Shown in pieces: positions 36,511 through 49,700 of a DNA stretch of 64,000 bases. This DNA is from Octopus sinensis. Taxonomy: Eukaryota. The notes under the pieces were generated by a model. It saw only the letters and a program-made list of their open reading frames with translations, was not told the origin of the DNA and did no database searches. Each line of letters begins with the position of its first letter. Position 1 is the stretch's first letter. The DNA lies in assembly GCF_006345805.1 (NCBI RefSeq), contig NC_043004.1, positions 39,928,001-39,992,000 on the forward strand, in the 5' to 3' direction. Made by a program: the position numbers and the translations under genes.

Positions 36511-37920
36511 TATATATGTATATATAGTCAGTGGGTCATATATATATTGTCAGTGGGTTACATGCAGTTAAATATGACCGATCATAGACTTGGTCAACTC
36601 TGGCAGTTGGATCAAATAATATGCTGCTTATTCCTTCTTGCTGTTTTAACATGTGGAGAGTGACATCTGAATTTTACCAAACAGATATTGTATGTGTAAA
36701 AAAAAAAATTAAAAATTCATTTTTCTTTGAGAAATATAGGTCAAATTTTGCAAATATATTGTGCAATGAATATTATTTTGTAGACTACCAGAGTCCAAAG
36801 TGATGTTTTTTGTTTCTTTTTTCTTATTTTGAATATAGCTGATAATTTGTGGTGGTGTTTACATTTTCACAAGCAGTGCCGATTCTTTTTGGGGTTGTTT
36901 TTTCTCTCTCTTTTACCTATGAATTTGTTGTAAGCAACAAATATTTTTAATGTGCTTAATTTATGTTTTTAATGTTTAAAATAAGGAATTAGCTTGCAGA
37001 TTTTGTTTTTTAATCTAGGTCCACATGCAATAGTGAGAAAGGTACCAGGTGGTCGTGGGATATGCTAGAAACAACAACTAACTCTCTCTTAAATCACACA
37101 CCTTTTTGTCTGAAATTATTACCTTTTTTTTTTAACTGAAAAGGTTTCTCCCATTGTCTTTGAGTGTATAGTGCAAAAAAAAAAATTTAGCCAAAATCAG
37201 TCCAGAAGGAGATAAAAAGGAGGTGGAGTTGAAAAAAAATCATAGATTTTCCAAAATTTTGTTTCATTAAAAGCTTCTCACCATCATTTCCAAGGTCATG
37301 GTGAAAAAGAACTGGAACAATCCCCATCAAAATGGAGAAAATCCAACTTATGTGAGAACCCTGATCCTAAACTCAGCCATTTATAGCTCTTTTTAATAGT
37401 CTATTAAAATTTTATTGAAATGGTATCATGTCCCAAAATCTCAGTATTTATCTAGCCCTATACCTATTGCAAATGTGCCAAAATTCAAGTCTCTGTGGCT
37501 TGTAATTTTGGACTTAGATGGGTCTGGAAACACTGCAAAATCGACTGATTGTGACATGCGACAAAATAGTCTTTACATAGATATTTTTGAAAACTACAAA
37601 AAAAAAAAAAAATGTTTCATTTTGCAAAAAAATGCAACTGCTATCTCATGGACACTACTAATTTGTGTAATTTGTAGATAATTACCACTTCAATTTCAAG
37701 GATATGTCATCACAAATATGGTTAATTATATATTCATTTAAGCCAATTAGGCAAAAATTTGACCGACTTGGTGACCATTCAAATTGTCATATTTCCTGAG
37801 TATTCATCCAAATTTTACAAACAAGGTATCAAAATGTTTCTTTTTGTAGTAATTCATAGTAATGTCAAGGATTACATTTATTTAAACCCAGTCAGGATGG
37901 TATGAGAAGAAGGAAAAAAA

Positions 37921-38128
37921 TACTCTTTACTCTTTTACTTGTTTCAGTCATTTGACTGCGGCCATGCTGGAGCACCGCCTTTAGTCGAGCAAATTGACCC
38001 CGGAACTTATTCTTTGTAAGCCCAGTACTTATTCTATCGGTCTCTTTTGCCGAACTGCTAAGTGACGAGGACGTAAACACACCAGCATCGGTTGTCAAGC
38101 AATGCTAGGGGGACAAACAGACACACAA

Positions 38129-38181
<53 letters not shown>

Positions 38182-38352
38182 CATACATACGACAGGCTTC
38201 TTTCAGTTTCCATCTACCAAATCCACTCACAAGGCATTGGTTGGTCCGAGGCTATAGCAGAAGACACTTGCCCAAGATGCCACGCAGTGGGACTGAACCC
38301 GGAACCATGTGGTTTGTTAGTAATCTACTTACCACACAGCCACTCCTGCACC
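37921..38352 (-). mobile_element. Family A SINE, young
   Basis: Full consensus match. Confidence 0.93.
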
Positions 38353-39103
38353 TATAATACAATATTATTTCTTGTTGAACTTTTAGGGCTCTCTGAATTA
38401 AATAGTTTAATTTGATGGTTTCTTCATTAAAACCTTTCTAGGTACATATTGTACTACTTAGAAAATGTAAGTTTTAAATGTTATCACACAGTCCAATGAA
38501 CAGAAACTGTAAGCCAGCAAAGTGAAAATGGTCAGCCTCAAGACAACTCTCAAATTCAGTAAGAATTTTTTTGTTTCTTGTTAAATTCATTTGTGTATGT
38601 GTGTGAGTAAATTTTATTTTATTTTTAGACCATTTTTTTTTGTTTTTTTAATCTATTATCTGTGTTTTTTAATGTCAATTCAGTCTGACTTCTTGCATGG
38701 AATGCAGCACAAGGAAATCAAATTTAGTTGTCAGCTGAGATTGACTTAACAACTTCAATGCATAGCAACATACACACACACACATACACATATAAGAATA
38801 TACAATGCACACATATACACACAAAGAATGAGGCAGACAAACATGCACACATAGACACACAATCATCCTGACATACACAAGTATGCAAGCATACATATAT
38901 ATATAAGCACATAAAGACATGTTGCACAAGCAACTACACATTACAAACACACACGGACATATTAGAATAACCCCCACAGCGCTAAATTTTCTACTATTTG
39001 AAGTATTTGTTCAAAGTTCAGCAAATTTCTAGAACAGGCGGAAGAAAACAGAACAAAAATGAGATAATGAATAAAAGTTGGCAATTGAACAGAAAAGCTG
39101 AAG

Positions 39104-39114
39104 GGGAGAGAGGA

Positions 39115-39147
<33 letters not shown>

Positions 39148-39196
39148 GAAAGAGAGAGAAAAAGAGAGAGACAGAGAGAAAGAGAGAGAGAGAGGG
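39104..39196. repeat. (GA)n microsatellite
   Basis: Purine-rich GA run. Confidence 0.9.
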
Positions 39197-40104
39197 ATTC
39201 CATGGAAAAATACGCACAGAAAGAGAGATTAGTATTTTCCCTTGAAAACTAGGAATTACATCATTCAGAAAAATTTTGTATGATTCTCATACACTAAGTA
39301 TGTGCATATATATAATTATTACTACTAATCAGCAGAAGTTACAGAGTGACTCAAAGGCCAAGAGTTTCGTACATTAGTTCTTATATACGTGTAACAGTCT
39401 TCATTCTTATTAGTTCCTTCGTTACACCTTCCCAGGCTCTTCCAGGCCCATCCTTCTCTCCTGGTTCTTCTCCATATCCACAACATCTTTCATTTCTCTC
39501 CCACCTCTCGCTCTCTCTCTCCACACCTTTCTCCCTCTTTGTCTGATGTCTATCTTTGCTCACATTTCCATCACTTTTTGCACATGCACACTAATCACAA
39601 GCACATTCTATTCCTCAGAGATACAACAGAACGAAACTCTCCTTAATTAGCTTCGATACAAGGTTGGTTCATTGGTTAGCATGAAAACGTAGAGAGCTGA
39701 GATCTACTTCAAACTTTAAAATTCTTATCTCCATCTCATTATTATACAGTATTTAGAGCAGCTGTTTTTTCCCAATAGCTTTAGGTTGAAAAATGTTTTA
39801 TGTATAGAATTTGGCTGATAAATACCCTATCAAACCCACTGTATGTGCACATGCATGCGAATATGCATGGATGTATGCGTATATCTTTTATTGAGGTATA
39901 TCAGTAAAAAACAGGAAGATCAGTAAGAAAACTGATAAACCAATGACTTTTAATGGCAACACCTTGAGTGGGAGTTGTTCCACCCAAGTTGCACAAATAC
40001 TTCCTTATCGCTCTTGCTTTTAAAAATGCAGTGAGAGAGTGACTGGCCAATTTGGAATCTGTAACCAATGACATTGTCCCAAAAATTCAATACAAATTAA
40101 ACAA

Positions 40105-40511
40105 AGGCGCAGGAGTGGTTGTGTGGTAAGTAGCTTGTTTACCAACCACATGGTTCCGGGTTCAGTCCCACTGCGTGGCACCTTGGGCAAGTGTCTTCTA
40201 CTATAGCCTCGGGCCGACCAAAGCCTTGTGAGTGGATTTGGTAGACGGAAACTGAAAGAAGCCCGTCGTATATATGTATATATATATATATGTGTATGTG
40301 TGTGTGTTCGTGTGTCTGTGTTTGTCCTCCTAGCATTGATTGACAACCGATGCTGGTGTGTTTATGTCCCCGTTACTTAGCGGTTCGGCAAAAGAGACCG
40401 ATAGAATAAGTACTGGGCTTACAAAAGAATAAGTCCTGGGGTTGAGTTGCTCGATTAAAGGCGGTGCTCCAGCATGGCCGCAGTCAAATGACTGAAACAA
40501 GTAAAAGAGTA
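40105..40511 (+). mobile_element. Family A SINE, young
   Basis: Full consensus match. Confidence 0.93.
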
Positions 40512-40639
40512 AATACAAACTATGAAAGAAGTGTTTACATTGTAAATCTCATGAAATAATGAATGACCATGGGATTGCACCCAGAAATTTCCCCTTCAAG
40601 TCTGTCCATGCTACTGATGTTACTCAAGTGAAAGTCAAA

Positions 40640-40815
40640 GGCTGAAACAGCTTGGCACCAGGGACATCACAACGCACTTCCACAGCTGAGTGAACTGGAG
40701 CAATGTGAAATAAAGTGTCTTGCTCAAGAATACAACACACAGCTTGGTCTGGAAATTGAACTCATTACCTCATGATCATGAGCCTGATACTCTAACCACT
40801 GAGCCATGCATCTTC
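40640..40815 (-). mobile_element. tRNA-headed CORE-like SINE, partial
   Basis: Minus strand TGGCTCAGTGGTTAGAG A-box and TTCTTGAGCAAGACACTT motif. Confidence 0.65.
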
Positions 40816-40827
40816 AAAAGCTTCCTG

Positions 40828-41247
40828 GGATCTTTTCGGTTTGAACGGCAGTTTTTTCTAGTGGTGTCATATGAAATTGTTACCCATAATTATGACCTTA
40901 GTATCGATCTATTGCATTTCAATCTCTTTTAGGGTTAGGGTTAGGGGTGGAGGGAAGGGTATCTTTTTTCTTCGCAAATGTAAATAAACCCAATCTGTTT
41001 CTTAAACGAGGGACATATTCATACGGCACAGAATCTTTTTTTTTACCTCAGTGGACATCATTGATTGATTGAAATTGCAGAAATTGAAGAAAAAAAAACA
41101 ACAAATATCTTACAAACTATAGAATTTTCTCAATAAAGGCAAGAGAAAAAGATGTTTTATAAACACATTCTACCAGTATACGAGGTTTAAAATTTTTTAG
41201 TTACCTAGAAATTATGTTAAAAACTGCCGTTCAAACCGAAAAGATCC
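40828..41247. mobile_element. MITE with perfect 29-bp TIRs and internal TTAGGG repeats
   Basis: GGATCTTTTCGGTTTGAACGGCAGTTTTT at both ends (inverted); flanks GCTTCCTG and GCTTCCAG (7 of 8); (TTAGGG)3 at 40929-40946. Confidence 0.88.
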
Positions 41248-41361
41248 GCTTCCAGTACTGGTGGTGTTATTTAGCAACAGGTCATTATGGATCAAACAGA
41301 TCTATGATCAAAGGTAAGCCATCCTATGTACCAACACTGTAGCCAAAACTATATTGTCCAA

Positions 41362-41593
41362 AAGGCGGCGAGCTGGCAGAACCGTTAGCACGCCGGGTGA
41401 AATGCGTAGCCGTATTTCGCCTGCCGCTACGTTCTGAGTTCAAATTCTGCCGAGGTCGACTTTGCCTTTCATCCTTTCGGGGTCGATAAATTAAGTACCA
41501 GTTAAGCACTGGGGTCGATGTAATCATCTTAATCCGTTAGTCTGTCTTGTTTGTCCCCTCTATGTTTAGCCCCTTGTGGGTAATAAAGAAACA
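41362..41593 (+). mobile_element. Family B SINE
   Basis: B consensus; 12-bp TSD TATATTGTCCAA (41350-41361, 41594-41605). Confidence 0.92.
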
Positions 41594-42130
41594 TATATTG
41601 TCCAATGCCTCCCACCAATTTTCAGATACTAAGGTGTGGTGAGGGTGAAACTTGGCACTTATTTTTAGCAGTTCAAATAATCATGTAGGTGGCTCCCTCA
41701 TTTGTAATATATTGCTGTTCACATTATAGTAAGAGCACGGATTTGGAAGCTAAGTGGTCGTACGTTTGTACTTATGAATTTTATGTTATACTGTGTTGTG
41801 TGTATGTGTGGGTGTTGCTATATGTAGGTGTGTGAAGACATTTAGTTATGTGGTTGTGTCAGATGTGTTGTTTAATTTAAATAATTGATTACTGAAAATA
41901 TAAAATTATATTGATTTTAATTTTGGCATGTGGCCAAAAGGTTTGTAGGGTTAGCATATAGACAGCTAAAGCTACTCTAGTATTTCATAGGTACTTAATT
42001 CTGAAGTAGGAACTGAACTAATACCCCTCTCTTGATATCCTACGTTCTACTTGCCTAGAACCTGTCATCATTTCTCTGAACCACCCCTCCCCACTGGTGC
42101 TCCCCTATATATTTCTATACCCCCCCCCAC

Positions 42131-42375
42131 ATAAAAAGCACCATCCGAACGTGGCCGATGCCAGACCCGTCTGGCACCTGTGCAGGTGGCACGTAAAAAA
42201 CACCCACTACACTCGCGGAGTGGTTGGCGTTAGGAAGGGCATCCAGCTGTAGAAACACTGCCAGACTAGACTGGAGCCTGGGGCAGTCCCGAGCTCCCCA
42301 GACCCCGGTCGAAACCGTCCAACCCGTGCTAGCGCGGAAAACGGACGTTAAACGATGATGATGATGATGATGATG
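42131..42375 (+). mobile_element. Family C element (young)
   Basis: Two units, core, (GAT)n tail. Confidence 0.9.
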
Positions 42376-43888
42376 AGAACTAAACAAAATTGGTGATTCT
42401 TTCATAGCTGACATTCCACCAGTGCTAATAGAAGAATTTATTTACTGTCTTGTCAATAGTAAAGAATTAAAATCACAGCAGTATCAGAAGTGCTTACAAA
42501 TCAGAAAGAATATTAAGATCTCTGTGTTTTAGACTCGAGGCTTCAGACAAGAAGATTCAAATACACCACTCCAGCAAGATCTAACTAAGCCCTGCAGGGA
42601 AAGCATTTAGATGTAAGAATAATCTAGTCATCAGATCTAGTTGCTATAGCTAATAATGTGTAAGATGTTGAGATAAAACAAAATACACAAACATTAATAA
42701 GGGCAAACTGCAGACTTCATGTTTTAGGATTCCAGTTTGGAACTACCATCTCAGTTTTGGTGCTTCTTTCACATGCCCAAGCCATATCTGTTGTTTGTTT
42801 GCTTCTACAGTTCAACAGCAGACTTAATCTACCACTCAGAGTAACTTTATTGGGATTCACCACCTATGGCTAACTTTAATGGAAGTCACTCTATTGTATG
42901 CATTGAGGAAATTTCCTCACAGTCTCTGAGACTCTGGGTATGGATGTTATGCTTCACTAATGAGGGGGAAAAATATATCACTATCTTGACTTCAACCTCA
43001 GGTAAAATGTTATGGATACAGAACATATCTTCAACATCTAATCTCTATGGCTACCTCATATCTCACATGACTAAAGTACATATTCTTTAAGTACTTCCAT
43101 TCTTGGATCCACACTGCATCATTTTTCCATGGTGCAGTCAACTCAAGAATCAGATGGACTAAATAGAACAGGAAGAGACACATGGGATGGAGAGTCACTG
43201 AAGAGGTCACAGGACATGTAATGAAAGATTTTCAGACAAAGGACACAAGATAAGAACACTAATGAATCTGAAGTGAAGAATAAATATATATATATATATA
43301 TATATATAGTGTGTGGTGTGTGTGTGTTTATTTGGTAAAAAAAAAGCAAAACAAAAAGAAAATGAAATATAACTATTTACTAAATCAGAACACAGTATTT
43401 TCTCCTTATATGTCTCGGCAATATGAGCAGCATCAAATGTCATATCCTGCCATTTGCACCTCCGAGAAGCCCTGATCTTTGTGTTTCTCCATTAATCTTT
43501 TTACATGCATTTTGTAAATTCTGTTTACATTGACCATTGCTGCATTATTCTTTTAATATACCAGAAAGGATGTTCAGGATCCGACTGAGCCATCAGACAC
43601 GTCCTGCAAAAGATAAACTTACATATTGCCAGGAAATATCCCAACAATGTGCGCTTGTCGAGAGTACATACTTCATATTCCAATTTCAGGAAGAAATGAT
43701 ATCTGACTAATGTGTGTTTGTGTGTGTGATTGTGTGTGAGTGAGTGACAGGGAGAGAGAGAAAGAGAGAGAGAGATTTTCTATGGGTACACAAAATTTTC
43801 GGGCTGGCACAAAAGAAGAGCTTCATATGCAGATGTGCCAGAGTAGTTAGCAGTAAGAGAACTTGTGAAATAATAATTTTCCAAATAG

Positions 43889-44510
43889 TTGGAGGACTTT
43901 GCAATTGTAACTGATAGCTTGTTTCTAAAGTGACCTAATCAGCTGTGGCCGAGAGTGCTCTGAAAACAGAAACCAGTGTAAGGATTGGATGGAAAATGTT
44001 CAGGGAACTATTATTTTTGCAGGCTGCAAAGGATATTCTCTTTCAGAGTGAATGGTAAAATGTCGAGTGGTTCTGTATGAAATACAATGTTATATTATAG
44101 TGGAGCATTGGTAAAGAATGTAGAGGGCGTACAAAGGTTGGACAGAATGAGACAAGCATCCTCCATTGTATGTGTAATGCTGATGTAAAAGAATGACAGA
44201 AAAATGAGCCGAGAGAAAAACTGGATATGAGAGGAATCAAATGTAGTATGCAAGAGGGGGATGGTTCAGAGATGTGACATGTATTGAGGATGACAGTTGG
44301 GTAACAGAAGTGCCAGTCAAGTGAGAGGAATCTGCAGAACAGGAAGACCAAGAAAGTGATGGGAAGAGTATTGAAAGCTGACCACGGGACATCAAAGGAG
44401 ATGACAAAAGGTTGCAAAATGTCAAAAGATAGCAACAAATCAAAAGATGCAGTGTTGGAGAGGACTTATCCAACACGTAAACCATATGGAAATAATAAAA
44501 AAAGGAGGAA
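43889..44510 (+). mobile_element. Degenerate RTE-clade LINE, ORF2 C-terminal region
   Basis: Frameshifted peptides RIGWKMFRELL (43981), FSFRVNGK, TMLY, REKLDMRGIKCSMQE and GRPRK*WEE, in the order expected for an RTE ORF2 end; finishes in a TCCAAC..ATGGAAA tail. Confidence 0.75.
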
Positions 44511-44677
44511 AAGTGACAACAATTGATGGATGGGCTAAAATACAGAACAAACCAAATAAAAGATGTGAGTGTGTGAGATAAAAGGTCTTGTTTTAGTATG
44601 AAAATATACTTATAGGTTTATGATAAACCTATAAAGTTCATAATAAAGTTCATGATAAAGTTCATAAGTTTTTGGTG

Positions 44678-44855
44678 TTAGGAAGGGAATCCTTGCCATT
44701 AGGAAGGGCATCTTTGGCGTTAGGAAAGGTATCCAGCTGTAGAAAGCATGCTAAATCAGACTGGAGCCTGGTGCAGCCACTCAGCTTAGTAGCCCTGGTC
44801 AAACCATCCAACCCATGCCAGCATGGACAACAGACGTTAAATGATGATGATGATG
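44678..44855 (+). mobile_element. Family C element, short, with triplicated 5' junction
   Basis: TTAGGAAGGG(C/A)ATC three times at period 21 (third copy degenerate), then core and tail. Confidence 0.82.
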
Positions 44856-44977
44856 GTGATTCTGGGGACAACGATAGTTTTGTATCTTAAAATTATTCTA
44901 AAACAAGGCTGAGCGTATTTTCATGCATTTACTCTTTCCGGTCATAGTATAGTAATTATGCTAGGATACTTCCATGA

Positions 44978-45398
44978 CATACTCTTTTTTTTTACTCTTT
45001 TTACTTGTTTCAGTCATTTGACTGCGGCCGTGCTGGAGCACCGCCTTTAGTCGAGCAAATCGACCCCGGGACTTATTCTTTGTAAGCCCAGTACTTATTC
45101 TATCGGTCTCTTTTTGCCGAACCGCTAAGTGACGGGGACGTAAACACACCAGCATCGGTTGTCAAGCAATGCTAGGGGAACAAACACAGACACACAAACA
45201 TATACACACACACTTATATATATATACATATATACGACAGGCTTCTTTCAGTTTCCGTCTACCAAATCCACTCACAAGGCATTGGTCGGCCCAGGGCTAT
45301 AGCAGAAGACACTTGCCCAAGATGCCACGCAGTGGGACTGAACCCGGAACCATGTGGTTGGTTAGCAAGCTACTTACCAAACAGCCACTCCTGCGCCT
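44978..45398 (-). mobile_element. Family A SINE, young
   Basis: Full consensus match. Confidence 0.93.
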
Positions 45399-46295
45399 AA
45401 CATGTGTTAGTGTGATCTATCAACTCCTGTACGTTATCTGGTACTTATTTCATACTTCATTGTTAGTCATAATTTTATTTAACTGCATGTTGCTAGCAGT
45501 GCACTTGAGAGTTATGGCAACGACGTCAAACCTCAGTTCTCTTTCCTTATGAAGTTTCAAGTGTCTTGTTTCAACAATGACAATACCACCAATGTTAAAT
45601 GCAGGGGAACATTAAACAGTCACACTCTGATCAAATCAGCCTTGATCCTACCTCTGCTGTGGCCACCACCAGACTCTACAGGCATTCAGAAATAGATCCA
45701 TTATTGCTTATCACAAAGTGCTGCATGGTTATCGGACAAGGTAGAAGCTCTGCATTTCTGGAACAACATATCTGTTCAACCAACTGTCCACATGACATAC
45801 AGCTGACCTGAAGCTACACACCACCACCATCACCACCATCACTACCACCAATATTATTATCATTACTATTATTGTTGTTGGAGGTGTTACTATTATTATT
45901 ATTATTATTATTATTATTGTCTACATCATGTCCCATCATTAGCTTTAACAAACAATAACAAAGAAAGATTCTGATAAATGGATGTAAATAAAAAAAGGAA
46001 AAGTTAAATATAAGCTTCTATGATGCAGGAACGACTGCCTGGTTGAGAACTTCACTGCAGAAATTATGTGGTTCTAGGTCTTCTGCCATATTATTAGGTT
46101 GATCTCTGCCTTCTGACTGGCAACAGATAAATGGAAACTATGCAGAAGCCTACGATATATATATGGTGTTTTTACACCTTTTACCATAAGAGAGAATTTT
46201 TTTCTCCACTATAACTGCAGAAGTTAAAATATATCACAAACATATTTTTAACTAACCTAATGTTTGTATATAACTATATCTTGTGATTGACCAGA

Positions 46296-46605
46296 GGGAC
46301 CAAGAGGGACCTAAAGCTATGCCAGATCAACACCCAAAAATGGGAATCCGCCGCTGCCGACAGAGGCGCCTGGCAACACAGTGTCAAGCATGGTGCCGCG
46401 ACAGCAGAGAACCTGAGGACCACTACTGCCAAACTAAAGAGAACCAGCAGCAACCACAGCTCTCATCCCCTTTCACTTGCACCAGATGCGGTAGAGACTG
46501 CCACTCGATGATTGGCCTGCACAGCCACACCAGGAAGTGCAGATAAACCCACCACCTTTTCCGAGCTACACCATCGTCTCTCGAGACGCACGGATGCCGA
46601 CAACA
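46296..46605 (+). mobile_element. 5'-truncated RTE LINE, BovB-like C-terminus
   Basis: KRDLKLCQINTQKWESAAADRGAW.. then, after a frameshift, FTCTRCGRDCHSMIGLHSHTRKCR*; 20-bp TSD ATATCTTGTGAT(T/C)GACCAGA at 46276-46295 and 46606-46625. Confidence 0.88.
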
Positions 46606-46912
46606 ATATCTTGTGATCGACCAGACTATTGGACGTTGTTATATATTGCTGGTCACAATGTGCTTTGCATAGTTTTGGCTTTCAAATAATGCCACCCTGC
46701 TGGCCAGACGAGCAGGTGGTCAACATCCGCCCACCCCCACCACCAATTGGAAGGGTATTCTGTCTCAGGGTCACCCACTTATAGCTGAGTGGAGTGGAGC
46801 AACATGAAATGAAGGGTTTTGCTCAGGAACACAATGCGTCACTCAATCAGGAATTGAACCCACGATCTGGTGATTGTGCATGCAGCACCCTAGCTACTGT
46901 GCCATGTGTTTT
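46606..46912 (-). mobile_element. Modular SINE: head 1 + CORE-like + tail 2
   Basis: Tail homologous to 10053-10170; TTCCTGAGCAAAACCCTTCATTTC CORE-like motif; head remnant. Confidence 0.7.
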
Positions 46913-47239
46913 CATATGTATGTGTGCGTGTGTAAAAACAGGAATGTTTTTTTTCAACATTGCCAAATATAAATACCTTTAGGTGCAGTCAATGTAAAAA
47001 ATCCTTGACATGCCCACAAAACCATGATGTCTAAGCCACATGCTGGTTGGTCAAAATACAGTCTGTAAGGTTCAGCCTGCTGGAGCCCATCAGAGAGTAT
47101 TTAAAGGATATAACTAAACATTTCACCACAGTTGTCAGTTTTGGAATATGACTGTCACTGCATAAACCTGATGATTGTGAAACACATGAAAGTACTAGTT
47201 TACTTCAATACTGTAAAACTGTAAAACTTGTGAATAATA

Positions 47240-47533
47240 AATTCAAGCGAGGTCATTGCCAGTGCCACTGGACTGGCTCCTATGCAGGTGGCACGTAAAA
47301 AACACCATTTGAGTGTGACCATTGCCAGTACCGCCTGACTGGCCCTCCTGTGCCGGTGGCATGTAAAAGCACCCACTACACTCTTAGAGTGGTTGGTGTT
47401 AGGAAGGGCATTCAGTTGTAGAAACTCTGCCAGATCAGATTGGAGCCTGATGCAGCCATCTGGTTCGTCAGACCTTAGTCAAATCACCCAACCCATGCTA
47501 GCATGGAAATGGGACGTTAAACAATGATGATGA
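47240..47533 (+). mobile_element. Family C element
   Basis: Units of the 20388 subtype, core, tail. Confidence 0.85.
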
Positions 47534-47624
47534 AAATCAGACGAAGTTGGAATTTCATTGATTAATATATTCTTCTATAGGCAATCATACAAACTTGGAG
47601 ATATATATATATATATATATATAT

Positions 47625-48030
47625 ACTCTTGTTTCAGTCATTTGACTGTGGCCATGCTGGAGCACCACCATTTTAGTTGAGCAAATCGACCCCAGGACTT
47701 ATTCTTTGTAAGCCTAGTACTTATTCAATCGGTCTCTTTTGCCGAACCTCCAAGTTACAGGGACGTAAACACACCAGCATTGGTTGTCAAGTGATGTTGG
47801 GGGGACAAACACAGACACACAAACATATACACATACATATATATATATATATATATACATATATACGATGGGCTTCTTTCAGTTTCCGTCTACCAAATCC
47901 ACTCACAAGGCTTTGGTCGGTCCGAGGCTATAGTAGAAGACACTTGCACAAGATGCCACGCAGTGGGACTGAACCCGGAACCATGTGGTTGGTAAGCAAG
48001 CTACTTACCACACAGCTACTCCTACACCTA
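47625..48030 (-). mobile_element. Family A SINE
   Basis: Full consensus match. Confidence 0.9.
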
Positions 48031-49291
48031 TATATATATATATATATTTGGGAGAAGCATCTTTTAGCAATTCATACTGACAAAACAATGTAAACATTGG
48101 CAAGAAAAACAACCATTTTCCTCAAACAAAGTTGCTTGACATATTTATTCTGCTAGAGATGCTACTGCTGTTCATAAACACAGAGAGCCACTGACCGTCC
48201 TGTTGGGAGTCTGTAACCTAAGAGACTGCTGTTTGCAACACATGACATCGAATAAAAATCGAAACTGATATACCACGAAAATATAGCGAGAATGGGGAAA
48301 ATGAAATGATGACAACAAAGTAGCCAGAATTTTGGTTTGACCACAACAGAGAAGAGTATCAGAAGAGAAGATAGTTGGGGGAAGGGGATGAGTTTACAAG
48401 TAACACTGTGTAAGTAGATACAACAATGAGGGTTGTCAGTACCAATAGTCATTGAATGACTAGAGAACATTGATCTTTCAGTGGACAGTTAATGTAATAA
48501 AGTAACTAATAGAGGACTTAAAGAAATATTACAATAAATAAATCAAACACAGATGTTCAAACGCATGCACACACACACACATATATGTAACATGTATAAC
48601 ATGAAGCTTGTATATGTACATACACATATATGAGTGTATAGGCATGGACACAGTTGTATGGTTAAGATGTTAGTTTCTTAATTATGTGATTTCAGGTTCA
48701 GTCCCACTGCATGGTACTTTAGGCAAGTGTCTAACCAAAGCCTTATTACGGGTGGATTTGATAAATATAAACTGAAAAGAAACCCATCAGGTGTGTGTGT
48801 ATGTGTGTGAGAAGCAATAATTTTCATTGTGACACTCAGTACACTCTGTGAAGTGGTAGGTGTTAGGGTGGGCATCCACCTGTAGACACTATACCAAAAA
48901 CAAAACGCAGGAGCTAACCTAGGTAAGAGAGCAATAATTCCAAATCTCGGACTGCCATGACCAACCTGACCCATGGAAAGTAGGCATAAAAAACAATGAT
49001 GATGGATCTGAGATCTAAATAATTTACATTTTTTTATGGCTTAATTAAAGGAGAAAGGACATCATCTATGATCTTTGCAGAATCTCTGAAACTTGTGAGA
49101 GCAGAAGGAAGAAAGAACCCCAACACATGGGTTGCCGAGTTACCCACATATAAAGAAATCCAGCCTCAATATGTTTAACAGTGAATTCTATGCTTAAATC
49201 AATGATGAAGTACTGCTGTTCAGGCAATAGATTAAGTCTATAAGCAGGAACAGATACAGTCCAGTTGAAAATTTTTTGGATAATTTGAAAT

Positions 49292-49700
49292 AGGCATAGG
49301 AGTGGCTGTGTGGTAAGTAGCTTGCTTATGAACCACATGGTTATGGGTTCAGTCCCACGGCGTGGCACCTAGGGCAAGTATCTTCTACTATAGCTTCGGG
49401 CTGACCAAAGCCTTGTGAGTGGATTTGGTAGACAGAAACTGAAAGAAGCCCGTCGTATACACGTACACATATATATGTATGTCTGTGTGTCTGTGTTTGT
49501 CCCCCCAACATCGCTTGACAACCGATGCTGGTGTGTTTACGTCTCCCGTAACTTAGCAGTTCGGCAAAAGAGACCGATAGAATAAGTACTAGGCTTACAA
49601 AGAATAAGTCCTGGGGTCGATTTGCTTGATCGACTAAAGGCGGTGCTCCAGCATGGCCACAGTCAAATCACTGAAACAAGTAAGAGAGTAAGAGAGTAAA
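49292..49700 (+). mobile_element. Family A SINE
   Basis: Full consensus match. Confidence 0.92.

Noticed and set aside
40929-40946. True or fused telomere
   Set aside because: Only three repeats, enclosed by MITE TIRs.
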